From NCBI RefSeq assembly GCF_018977255.1, contig NW_024704743.1, positions 94,552,001 through 94,616,000 on the forward strand: 64,000 nucleotides of DNA. The letters run 5' to 3'. Below are positions 12,633 through 23,750 of this stretch, one piece after another. The first letter of the stretch is position 1. The number at the start of each line of letters is the position of its first letter. This DNA comes from Callorhinchus milii. Its lineage: Eukaryota. Position numbers and translations under genes: made by a program. The notes under the pieces are model-generated. The model saw only the letters and a list, made by a program, of their open reading frames with translations, made no database searches and was not told the origin of the DNA.

Positions 12633-13332
12633 CTCATTCTAAGTGTGAGAGTGAAGCTCATTCTGAGTGTGAGAGTGAAGCTTATCCTCAGTGTGAGAGT
12701 GAAGCTCATCCTCAGTGTGAGAGTGAAGCTCATCCTCAGTGTGAGAGTGAAGCTCATTCTGAGTGTGAGAGTGAAGCTCATTCTGAGTGTGAGTGAAGCT
12801 CATTCTGAGTGTGAGAGTGAAGCTCATTCTGAGTGTGAGAGTGAAGCTCATTCTGAGTATGAGAGTGAAGCTCATTCTGAGTGTGAGTGAAGCTCATTCT
12901 GAGTGTGAGAGTGAAGCTCATTCTGAGTGTGAGAGTGAAGCTCATTCTGAGTGTGAGAGTGAAGCTCATTCTGAGTGTGAGTGAAGCTCATTCTGAGTGT
13001 GAGAGTGAAGCTCATTCTGAGTGTGAGAGGAAGCTCTTTCTCAGTGTGAGAGCGAAGCTCATTCTGAGTGTGAGTGAAGCTCATTCTGAGTGTGAGAGTG
13101 AAGCTCATTCTGAGTGTGAGAGTGAAGCTCTTTCTGAGTGTGAGAGTGAAGCTCATTCTGAGTGTGAGAGTGAAGCTCATTCTGAGTGTGAGTGAAGCTC
13201 TTTCTCAGTGTGAGAGTGAAGCTCATCCTCAGTGTGAGAGTGAAGCTCTTTCTCAGTGTGAGAGCGAAGCTCATTCTGAGTGTGAGAGTGAAGCTCTTTC
13301 TCAGTGTGAGAGTGAAGCTCATCCTCAGTGTG
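12633..13332. repeat. Minisatellite, 24-bp unit GAGTGTGAGAGTGAAGCTCATTCT (22-bp variants), ~30 copies
   Basis: Directly visible tandem array. It gives rise to the spurious LILSVRVK/SEAHSECE ORFs. Confidence 0.97.
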
Positions 13333-13604
13333 TTTGCTGTCTCCCTCCCTCCCTCCCTCCCTCCCTCTCTGGAGTAAGCAGAGCGAGCGGCCTCCTGACA
13401 AAGCCGTTTCTCATGGCGGGGTAGGGGTCGGGGATAGGAGGAAGAGCCGAGGAAGCAGTGAAGCCGAGGGGAGAGCGGTGCTCTTCACCTGTCCCAGCTG
13501 TTGCATGTGCGCCGCCGCCGCCGCTATCGCTTTGCGGTGCGGGTGCCGGTGCGGTGCGGGTGCTGTGCGGGGAGGGAGACATGCGCGCTGTGCCCTATTC
13601 CTAA

Positions 13605-13685
13605 ATGGGACAGCTGTACGTGACATCATTGATTGGCGGTCGCCAGAGAAACTTTTGTGCCGCCGTCCAATCGGGCGACTGGAAA
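13605..13685 (+). promoter_or_regulatory. Proximal promoter motif cluster: E-box CAGCTG, TACGTG, CRE-like TGACATCA, inverted pair of CCAAT boxes
   Basis: Sequence gggaCAGCTGTACGTGACATCAttGATTGGcgg...gtCCAATC; GATTGG at 13631-13636 and CCAATC at 13667-13672. Confidence 0.6.
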
Positions 13686-14626
13686 ACAGAAAGGGAAGGG
13701 AAGAGCCCGTGGAGCGGGGAGACCCGGCCAGAGAGGCTCCGTGTGTGGCTGCTCCCTCCCTCCCTCCCTCCCTCCCCCAGCCCAGCCCAGCCCGGCTCAG
13801 CCCCGGCCGGGAGAGCACAGCACAGCACAGAGGAGGTGGGAGAGAGAGTGAGTGAGTGTGAGAGAGTGAGTGTGTGAGAGAGAGAGGGCGAGGGGGTGGG
13901 GGGAGATAGTGAGGGCGGCGTGTAATCCGCTCGGCTCCAGTTTGCACGGGGGGCAATCCACACAGTCCTATCCCGCAGGCAAGGAGGCAGGCAGGGCAGG
14001 GCAAGGCAGGGCAGGCAGCACGGTGCACGGCACACACTGCACACTGCACCCCACACTCTGGGCGGCGGCTGTGGCGGTGCCTGTGCCTGTGGCGGTGCCA
14101 AAGCCAAAGCAATCCCGACAGACAGCGAACCCGACAACCGGACGATTCGTTTTTTTTTTTCGGGGGGGGTGGGGTGGGTGCAAAAATAATATATAGCCCG
14201 TTACGTGGAAAAAAAATTATTATTGATGATAATAATAATAATAATAATAATCCGCCTTTCCAGCAGCCTCAGCCTCCCTCCGGCCGCTCTCCAGTGAGGA
14301 CAGTTTGTGTGTCTGAATTGCTCGCGTTTTTTTTTAATGTTTTTTTTGGAAGGGGGGGAGGAGGAGGAGGGGGGGGTTTGTGTCTGTGCATAAATATACA
14401 GAAGCATAGATAGGGCTTTTTTTTTGATAAAAAAAAATTCGCTCTCGGGATCGGCCAGTCAACAAAACCGCCTTTATTTTTTTTTGCAACCACCCCCCAC
14501 CCCCCCCCCTCACCCACCACCACCCGCCCACCGGGTGGGATCCACTGCTCCATAGAGAGGTTGCCCAGGTGTAAAGTCCACACGGTGTGGAGCCCACTCG
14601 AGTCCCCAGGCTGCCGGGGGCCGGTC

Positions 14627-14908
14627 ATGGAGAACAAAGCGGCCGCTCGGGACCCCGGCGACCGGGACCTGTACCGCCAGTTCCAGGAGTGGTGCCTGAA
14701 AACCTACGGGGACTCGGGCAAGACCAAGACCGTGACTCGCAAGAAATACGACCGCATCGTGCAGTTCCTGAGCGGCACCGAGCCCAGCTCTGCGGATAAC
14801 GCCAAATTCAAATTCTGGGTGAAGTCGAAGGGCTTCCAGCTGGGATCGCAGGGGGAGCCCAAGCCCGGAGCCGGCAAACAGGTCCTCTACGTGCCCGTCA
14901 AAACCCCG
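14627..14908 (+). CDS. NOL4: NOL4 coding exon 1 (MENKAAARDPGDRDLYRQFQEWCLKTYGDSGKTKTVTRKKYDRIVQFL...QVLYVPVKTP)
   Basis: Translation closely matches the recalled vertebrate NOL4 N-terminus (RQFQDWCLRTYGDSGKTKTVTRKKY...DNAKFKFWVKSKGFQLG...KQVLYVPVKT). The ATG is in strong Kozak context (gtcATGG). Donor CCG|GTGAGT at 14909, phase 0. Confidence 0.95.
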
Positions 14909-17799
14909 GTGAGTGCTCGGCTGCCTGGAAAGTTGATGGCTGTTCGGTTCTCCAGGTCTCTTGTTGCAGGGGGGAGAGAGAGGGAGAGAGAGAGAGAGAG
15001 AGGGAAAAGGGTGCCACAGCTGCCCTGCCCTGCCTGCCTGCCTGCCTGCCCTGCCCTGCCCGGCCGGCTGGTGATCGTGCCTTTTTTTTTAAAAAAAATG
15101 CCGTGCACCAGGCGGTAGCGGTCACCATGTTGCCTGTGGCCCGACACGTCCTGTCTGCTCTGCTCTGCTCTGCTCTTGTCAGCTCACCCCGATCTTTTTT
15201 TTATTAGTATTATTTCGTTGGGGAGGAGGTGGGAGGGGGGGTGTGGAGGGGGAGGTGTGTGGAGGGGGAGGTGTGTGGAGGGGGGTGGGGGGTGTGGGGG
15301 GGGGGGGGGGGGAACGTAACGTTTGGAGAGGGCTTTAAATGTCCCGTTTCGCAGATCAGACACTCAGAAGAGCTTCTGCGGAATATTATGCTTTGAACTG
15401 TTTGATATGGGACCGTTTAATCCGGAGGGGAGAGGGAGGGGGGAGAGAGAAAGAGGGAGAGAGAGAGAGAGAGGGAGTGAGAGAGGGGAGGGAGGGAGGG
15501 AGGGAGGGAGTGCTTGATGTATCTCGGATATCATTACATGGTGTCGGGACAGAAATGTTGGTTGGAAGCCAAATGCGGTGCTGATGTGTGTGTGTTCCCC
15601 CTCCTCCCTCCCTCCCTCCCCCTCTCTCTCTCTCTCTATCCCACCCCTACCTATTTTCCGAACACGTTCCCTTTTCCTGTGCAAATCCGGTTGTGTTCCT
15701 GTTAACAAAATGGAGCAAAATATGGTCCTCCAGTAGGGTTGAATTTTTTAAAAAAAGTGTCCGGTAGCTCTCTTTATAGGTGTGGATCCGATTCTAACAG
15801 TAATATTGTTTTCAGTAGATTTGGCTGAAACGTGCACTCTCTTTCCCCCTCCAAAAAAAAAACACGTACACGAATACAGCAGCTGTTGAAACCCATACCC
15901 ATGGACTGGTAAATGATGATCGTTGTTGATAAACATTTTTAGTAACGTGCTAAATGTAATTTATTCCCTTTCTAGCTTCCCCCCCCCCACCACCACCACC
16001 ACCCCCCCCCCCCCCATATACACACACACACACACAACCCTCTCCCTCCAAACAGAAAGGGAGATGAGATGAGACGTCCGGTGTGGTTTAATCTGGTCCT
16101 GTTCTGTGGGTTCGTGACAACCTGGATTACTCTGGGGCTTTGGGGAGTTTTCTTTTGGACAGTCTCCCCCCCCACCCACCCACCCACCCCGTCTGCCCGA
16201 GGGATCTGCCCCTGTTAGTGAGTGCGCGGCTGCTGCCTGGTGATTAGGCATCATGATCACTGGTAAACCAGGAAGAGAGCTCGAGCAGCGACGCCTGTGT
16301 TTCTCGGGCTAATTAAATACAGCACCCGATCCTGCTGAAGGCACTGTGATTCCGAGTGGCACCCAAAGGGACGGGCAATTTGCAATAAAATGGGAGGCCT
16401 GTCCGACAGCATTCAGTATCCATTTCATATATATATATATAGATACACACACATCCCCCCCCCACCCCTGTTTTTTCCCCCACCCCCCAAAAAAATTTTT
16501 TTTATATAAAACTAACACAACCCACATTCATTAATTTCATCTCCATTAAAAGTGCTGACAGTCTTTAAGGCTTCAGCGGGGTTTTGCTGCTCGCTGAGCA
16601 ACACCATGGGGAGTTGGGTGGGTTGCCAATTAATCGATATCGTTGCGTTCAGGTCCTCCTGCGGTCTGGGGGGGGGGGGGGATGCACTTTGGTCACCAGG
16701 CAACAGAGCCTCTCGCCCTGGCATTTCTTTCTTCGTTATTGGGACGAGGGTACCAGCAGCAGGCGAACACTGCCCGGCAATAATCATCATAATAATAACA
16801 ATAATAATAATAATAACAGTCCTTGCGTTTGATATGGCGCTTTTCACGTCTTCTAGACGTGTCACTCCGAAAACGACTGACTCTGACTGCCCACCTGCCT
16901 GGGTTTTATTTATTTTAAAGCTAATTTAGGGGCTCTTATCTCTCCCCCACCCCCCCCATCGAATATATCAAGTTAATGCGGGACTTTCCATATGGATGGG
17001 AACAGCGGATGGCATTGCCTGGCTCTGGGATCATGATCTCTCTCTCTCTCTCTCCCACCCCCCCACCCCAACAAAAACCCAGCACTATCATTGCGGTCCA
17101 CTCATTAAGATGGTGATCAGAAAACATCCGCAAAGATGTCGTGTTTTGGTGATTTATTTGGGGGGGGGGTTATGAAATTGGCTCGCAGGGAAAACCTGCA
17201 ACACAGTAGCAGTTCCATGTGACAGAGTACATCTTTTTTGGCCCTTCCGACCTATCTTATCCAACTTCCCTGTTGGCGAGAAAAGGAATCACTTGGTTGG
17301 GTCGCAAATAACAGAAAGCCCGAAGGCCTTGACCTCAGCTGAAGTTTAAAAGGATGGCTGGTGTGAACGCATGTGATGTGCAGTTTTTTTTTCTTTTCAC
17401 ACGAAAAGCCTACAGAGAGGTCGTCCTTCTGGAGGGCGGATCAGTGTTTGAAACAAACCAGAGAAACTCCGGGGGGTGCTTTATTCGATGCAATTAATAA
17501 CCAGAAGACGACTCCCGTTTATATTTTTACGATTGTAATGCAGTGACTGTAGATGTGCTGTGCACTTCCCTTTACTTGTGCGTGGGCTCATTTGGTGCCA
17601 TCCAGCAGCAGGATTGCCAGCAGCAGCAGCAGCAGCAGCCACGGGACTTTTAATAATGTCCAACTGTTTTTGCATTCAGTGTTTATGTGACTTGCCGTTT
17701 TAGAAAGTTAAAATGCGAAACGTAAGCACTAATGCAAGATTCTGGGCGTCTTGAATGTTTTTGTTTAATTATGAAACCGACGATGAAGCCTGAAAATAG

Positions 17800-19100
17800 C
17801 AGGCATGCAGCATTTACCCCCACATGCATCCCCTCCCTCTCTCCCTCCCTCCCTCCCTTCCTTCCTTCCTACGCCAGCCCGGGCCCTGGGCACATCACAT
17901 GCGCTCACACCAGCCCTCCTTTGGCTTCAGCTGAGGTCAGGGCTTCTGGGTGCTTTTGCTCGGGTGTTTCTGATCATCCTGTTGCTGCTGGTAAGCGCTG
18001 TGGGACGCTGCCCCGCGGGAGAGGCGCTGTAGCAATGCTGGTTGTTGTTGCAGCTCACAGCCTGAGCGCCTGCCCGAGCTGGCGGTGTGCCCGCCCCCCG
18101 GACTCGGGTTTCCGGGGACGAGCGGGGCGCGCTCCCGCCTCACTGCCCGCCCGCCCGGCCGCCCGGCATCTGCCTCTCTGCCTCTCTCTCTCACCGCAGC
18201 CCGTGTTCCCATGGAGACTGTCACCACTACCTGTCTGCGCTGCCGCACTCAACCTGCGCCGCTTCCCAGCGGACACAGTGCAAACCCGCCTCCACAGCTC
18301 AGGACAGCAGCTGCCAGGCAGCCAGGCAGGCAGCCAGCCAGGCACGGCAAGGCAAGGCAAGGCACGGCACTCTGACAAGGTGTGGTAGTGCTGTTGGACC
18401 CTGGCACTCGCTCTCTTCCCGTTGCTCAGTCCCAGCCAAGTGAAACCGTGGCGGCATTATTAGGTGATCGTTAACCTTCCTTCCTTTTCCCGTCAATTTC
18501 TACCGATATCGCAGCTCCCGCCGACAGCTGCTGTAACTGATCATCACTGTGCATCGGGAGCTAAAGACACGGCAGTGTTTGGGCTCCTGTGAATGCATTG
18601 CACGGCAGCACCGAGCGGGTATCCTAAATCAATCCGGGAAGGAGGTTTAGTTAGTGTTATGTGAACACGTACTCAATCGGGCTGTGCAGTTACGGTGCGG
18701 ACAGGATTGTTGCAGCATTTTAAATAAATATATTCGATATATATCTCAATGGTAACACGATCACTTTCTGCAGATCACTTGTAAGTGAAATCGCTTACGG
18801 GACGGAAACCGCGCAGATAGTGTTTTCATTTTTATGTTTACATATATCGCCAGTGGTGCATTAAAATCATGCTAAGTTGGCGTGACACAAATGTGCAATA
18901 CAATATCTTTAAGAGAGAAAGCCCGTGGCCCCAGGTGAGACCGGTGCGAGGTAACGAGCTTAAAGTCCCATCGGTTTGATCAGGATCGGGGTTCGCAGCC
19001 CTGTGGGATCACAGCGCACTCCTTCAATGTGTCCCCAGAGCGGTGTTTCAGTGTTGCTGCTCACTCAATAGTTGGGAATGACATCGTGTCCCGAGGAGGT
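17800..19100. promoter_or_regulatory. Second CpG-rich island in NOL4 intron 1
   Basis: Dense CpG/GC stretch (ccgcccgcccggccgcccgg etc.) with the same GGCA/CCCT simple repeats as the main 5' region. Confidence 0.6.
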
Positions 19101-19364
19101 GGATTTGAAAACATTGTTTTGCACTGTCGACGTTTCCCTCTCTCTTCGAAACCTCCAATAAAGTGTTTCACTCCCCGTCCGACATTGCTCACTGCAGTGC
19201 TGCACAGTTTGTACCGCAATTCCACCCGCAAGCGACCTCTGTCTGTTGCTGCTGTGGGTCATCCGTTCACTATTCAGTCCGGACAGCTAACTTAAATCAC
19301 AATCATTCGCTGTTCTGAGAAGACTATCTATCTATATATATATATATATATGTGTGTGTGTATA

Positions 19365-19570
19365 TAATAATCCCTCCAAAGACAAAAGCAATAATAAATT
19401 GGTCACTTTCAATCCACCACTGTTTGTGGGACATTGCTGTGCGCAATTGGCTGCCGCGTTTCGCCCACAAATATACAGTCAATTCACTTTACAGTCTATT
19501 CTGTGAAGCGCTTTGCGACGTTGAGAACATGTAAAAAGCGCTATATCAAATGCAAGGATTATTATTATAT
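19365..19570 (+). mobile_element. Young tRNA-SINE, 5'-truncated
   Basis: tgtttgtgggacattgctgtgcgcaattggctgccgcg...gcgctatatcaaatgcaaggattattattat. Confidence 0.9.
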
Positions 19571-20039
19571 ATTGAAGAGAGAGGGGGGAAATAGAGGGAG
19601 GTAATATATTTTTATGAAACTTAAGTTTTCACCAGTTCCTATTCCTGTCGATTCGCAGAGCTTTCTTCATTATAACTATAAGTTCAAACCACCGATCATA
19701 TTCATTTCATAAATTGTAAATTTGGGTTGAATTTTGAGTTAAGTGGTTGTAATAACCAAATGCAAATACTTTGAGCTTCTGACCCTCTGTCTTTTCCCAA
19801 TAGCCAAATACAATCTGTGGGGTGGGCAGTGAACAAGATTTTTACATTCATATAGTTTTTCACTTGGCGAGGACCCTTCAAAGTGCTTCATAGAGATGTC
19901 CAAGAGTCCCAGATTGGGGCGGGGAGGGAGAGAGCTGGAAAAAGTGTGTGTGGGGGGAATTAAAGAAAGGTCTTAAGACAGGCTTTAAAGGTGAGGAGAG
20001 AGTGGGGCAACGTGGGGGGACTCTGGGAATGTGTTAAGG

Positions 20040-23000
20040 GAGGGGGGGGTGCAGGCTGGAGGGACTCTGGGATGGTGCTGGGGAGAGAGGGGGCAGGGTG
20101 GAGGGACTCTGGGATGGTGTTGGGGAGAGAGGGGGCAGGCTGGAGGGACTCTGGGATGGTGTTGGGGGAGAGAGGGGGCAGGGTGGAGGGACTCTGGGAT
20201 GGTGTTAGGGGGGTGAGAGGGGGCAGGGTGGAGGGACTCTGGGATGGTGTTGGGGAGAGAGGGGGCAGTGTGGAGGGACTCTGGGATGGTGTTGGGGAGA
20301 GAGAGGGCAGGGTGGAGGGACTCTGGGATGGTGTTGGGGAGAGAGGGGGCAGGGTGGAGGGACTCTGGGATACTGTTAGGGGAGAGAGGGGGCAGTGTGG
20401 AGGGACTCTGGGATGGTGTTAGGAGAGAGGGGGCAGTGTGGAGGGACTCTGGGATACTGTTAGGGGAGAGAGGGGGCAGTGTGGAGGGACTCTGGGATGG
20501 TGTTAGGGGAGAGAGGGGCAGGGTGGAGGGAATCTGGGATGGTGTAGGGGAGAGGGGCAGGGTGGAGGGACTCTGGGATGGTGTTGGGGAGAGAGGGGCA
20601 GTGTGGAGGGACTCTGGGATACTGTTAGGGGAGAGAGGGGGGCAGGGTGGAGGGACTCTAGGATGGTGTTGGGGAGAGAGGGGGCAGGGTGGAGGGACTC
20701 TGGGATGGTGTTGGGGAGAGAGGGGGCAGGTGGAGGGACTCTGGGATGGTGTTGGGGGAGAGGGGGCAGGGTGGAGGGACTCTGGGATGGTGTTGGGAAG
20801 GGGGGGTGGAGGGACTTTGGATGTTTGGGGAGAGAGGGGGCAGGGTGGAGGGACTCTGGGATGGTGTTCGGGGAGAGAGGGGGCAGGGTGGAGGGACTCT
20901 GGGATGGTGTTAGGGGAGAGAGGGGGCAGGGTGGAGGGACTCTGGGATGGTGTTAGGGGAGAGAGGGGGCAGGGTGGAGGGACTCTGGGATGGTGTTGGG
21001 GAGAGAGGGGCAGGGTGGAGGGACTCTGGGATGGTGTTAGGAGAGAGGGGGCAGTGTGGAGGGACTCTGGGATACTGTTAGGGGAGAGAGGGGGCAGGGT
21101 GGAGGGACTCTGGGATGGTGTTAGGAGAGAGGGGGCAGCGTGGAGGGACTCTGGGATGGTGTTAGGGGAGAGAGGGGGCAGGGTGGAGGGACTCTGGATG
21201 GTGTTAGGGGAGAGAGGGGGCAGGGTGGAGGGACTCTGGGATGGTGTTAGGGGAGAGAGGGGGCAGGGTGGAGGGACTCTGGGATGGTGTTTGGGAGAGA
21301 GGGGGTAGGGTGAAGGGACTCTGGGATGGTGTTGGGGAGAGAGGGGGCAGGGTGGAGGGACTCTGGGATGGTGTTGGGGAGAGAGGGGCAGTGTGGAGGG
21401 ACTCTGGGATGGTGTTAGAGAGAGGGGGCAGGGTGGAGGGACTCTGGGATGGTGTTCGGGGAGAGAGGGGCAGGGTGGAGGGACTCTGGGATGGTGTTAG
21501 GGGAGAGAGGGGGCAGTGTGGAGGGACTCTGGGATCGTGTAGGGGAGAGAGGGGGCAGGGTGGAGGGACTCTGGGATGGTGTTAGGGGAGAGAGGGGGCA
21601 GGGTGGAGGGACTCTGGGATGGTGTTGGGGAGAAGGGGCAGGGTGGAGGGACTCTGGGATGGTGTTGGGGAGAGAGGGGGCAGGGTGGAGGGACTCTGGG
21701 ATGGTGTTAGGGGAGAGAGGGGGCAGGTGGGGGTGGGGGGGGGGGGGGGGCAGGGTGGAGGGACTCTGGGATGGTGTAGGGGAGAGAGGGGGCAGGGTGG
21801 AGGGACTCTGGGATGGTGTTGGGGAGAGAGGGGGCAGGGTGGAGGGACTCTGGGATGGTGTTGGGGAGAGAGGGGCAGGGTGGAGGGACTCTGGGATGGT
21901 GTTAGGGGAGAGAGGGGGCAGGGTGGAGGGACTCTGGGATGGTGTAGGGGAGAGAGGGGGCAGGGTGGAGGGACTCTGGGATGGTGTTCGGGAGAGAGGG
22001 GGCAGGGTGGAGGGACTCTGGGATGGTGTGGGGGGGGGAGAGAGGGGGCAGGGTGGAGGGACTCTGGGATGGTGTTAGGAGAGAGGGGGCAGGGTGGAGG
22101 GACTCTGGGATGTGTTGGGGGGGGGGGGGGAGAGAGGGGCAGGGTGGAGGGACTCTGGGATGTTGTTAGGAGAGAGGGGACAGGGTGGAGGGACTCTGGA
22201 TAGTGTTGGAGAGAGAGGGGGCAGGGTGGAGGGACTCTGGGATGGTGTTAGGAGACAGGGGGCAGTGTGGAGGGACTCTGGGATGCTGTGAGGGGAGAGA
22301 GGGGGCAGGGTGGAGGGACTCTGGGATGGTGTTGGGGAGAGAGGGGGCAGGGTGGAGGGACTCTGGGATGGTGTTAGGAGACAGGGGGCAGTGTGGAGGG
22401 ACTCTGGGATGGTGTTAGGGGAGAGAGGGGGCAGTGTGGAGGGACTCTGGGATGGTGTAGGGGAGAGAGGGCAGTGTGGAGGGACTCTGGGATGGTGTAG
22501 GGGAGAGAGGGGGCAGGGTGGAGGGACTCTGGGATGGTGTTGGGGAGAGAGGGGGCAGGGTGGAGGGACTCTGGGATGGTGTTAGGAGAGAGGGGGCAGT
22601 GTGGAGGGACTCTGGGATACTGTTAGGGGAGAGAGGGGGCAGTGTGGAGGGACTCTGGGATGGTGTTAGGAGAGAGGGGGCAGCGTGGAGGGACTCTGGG
22701 ATGGTGTTGGGGAGAGAGGGGGCAGGGTGGAGGGACTCTGGGATGGTGTTAGGAGAGAGGGGGCAGTGTGGAGGGACTCTGGGATACTGTTAGGGGAGAG
22801 AGGGGGCAGGGTGGAGGGACTCTGGGATGGTGTTGGGGAGAGAGGGGGCAGTGTGGAGGGACTCTGGGATGGTGTTAAGAGAGAGGGGGCAGGGTGGAGG
22901 GACTCTGGGATGGTGTTGGGGAGAGAGGGGGCAGGGTGGAGGGACTCTGGGATGGTGTAGGGGAGAGAGGGGGCAGGGTGGAGGGACTCTGGGATGGTGT

Positions 23001-23750
23001 TAGGGGAGAGAGGGGGCAGGGTGAAGGGACTCTGGGATGGTGTTGGGGAGAGAGGGGCAGGGTGGAGGGACTCTGGGATGGTGTTAGGAGAGAGGGGCAG
23101 TGTGGAGGGACTCTGGGATACTGTTAGGGGAGAGAGGGGGCAGTGTGGAGGGACTCTGGGATGGTGTTAGGAGAGAGGGGGCAGCGTGGAGGGACTCTGG
23201 GATGGTGTTGGGGAGAGAGGGGGCAGGGTGGAGGGACTCTGGGATGGTGTTGGGGAGAGAGGGGGCAGTGTGGAGGGACTCTGGGATACTGTTAGGGGAG
23301 AGAGGGGGCAGGGTGGAGGGACTCTGGGATGGTGTAGGGGAGAGAGGGCAGTGTGGAGGGACTCTGGGATGGTGTTAAGAGAGAGGGGGCAGGGTGGAGG
23401 GACTCTGGGATGGTGTTGGGGGAGAGAGGGCAGTGTGGAGGGACTCTGGGATGGTGTAGGGGAGAGGGGGCAGGGTGGAGGGACTCTGGGATGGTGTTGG
23501 GGGAGAGAGGGGGCAGGGTGGAGGGACTCTGGGATGGTGTTAGGGGAGAGAGGGGCAGGGTGGAGGGACTCTGGGGTGGTGTAGGGGAGAGAGGGGCAGG
23601 GTGGAGGGACTGTGGGATGGTGTTGGGGGAGAGGGGGCAGGGTGGAGGGACTGTGGGATGGTGTTGGGGGAGAGAGGGGGCAGGGTGGAGGGACTCTGGG
23701 ATGGTGTTGGGGGAGAGGGGGTGGAGGGCCTCTGGGATGGTGTTGGGAGA
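20040..23750. repeat. G-rich minisatellite, ~42-bp unit GGAGGGACTCTGGGATGGTGTTGGGGAGAGAGGGGGCAGGGT, roughly 85-90 copies
   Basis: Directly visible tandem array with variable G-run lengths. Confidence 0.97.

Larger units (their letters stand above)
13335..15200 (+). promoter_or_regulatory. CpG island spanning the NOL4 promoter, 5'UTR and exon 1
   Basis: High GC and CpG density against an AT-rich, CpG-depleted background. GA/CT and GGCA simple repeats are typical of such 5' regions. Confidence 0.85.

Noticed and set aside
12633..13332. CRISPR-like array of palindromic 24-bp repeats
   Set aside because: Units are head-to-tail with no unique spacers, there are no cas genes, and the context is vertebrate.
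13328..14196. Overlapping 100-230 aa ORFs on both strands
   Set aside because: A by-product of the GC-rich, low-complexity CpG island; no recognisable domain.
14909..15118. C-terminal part of ORF 14561-15118
   Set aside because: Read-through into intron 1 after the GTGAGT donor; NOL4 similarity stops at 14908.
17732..18443. 218-aa ORF and neighbours
   Set aside because: GC-rich low-complexity sequence with no recognisable homology.
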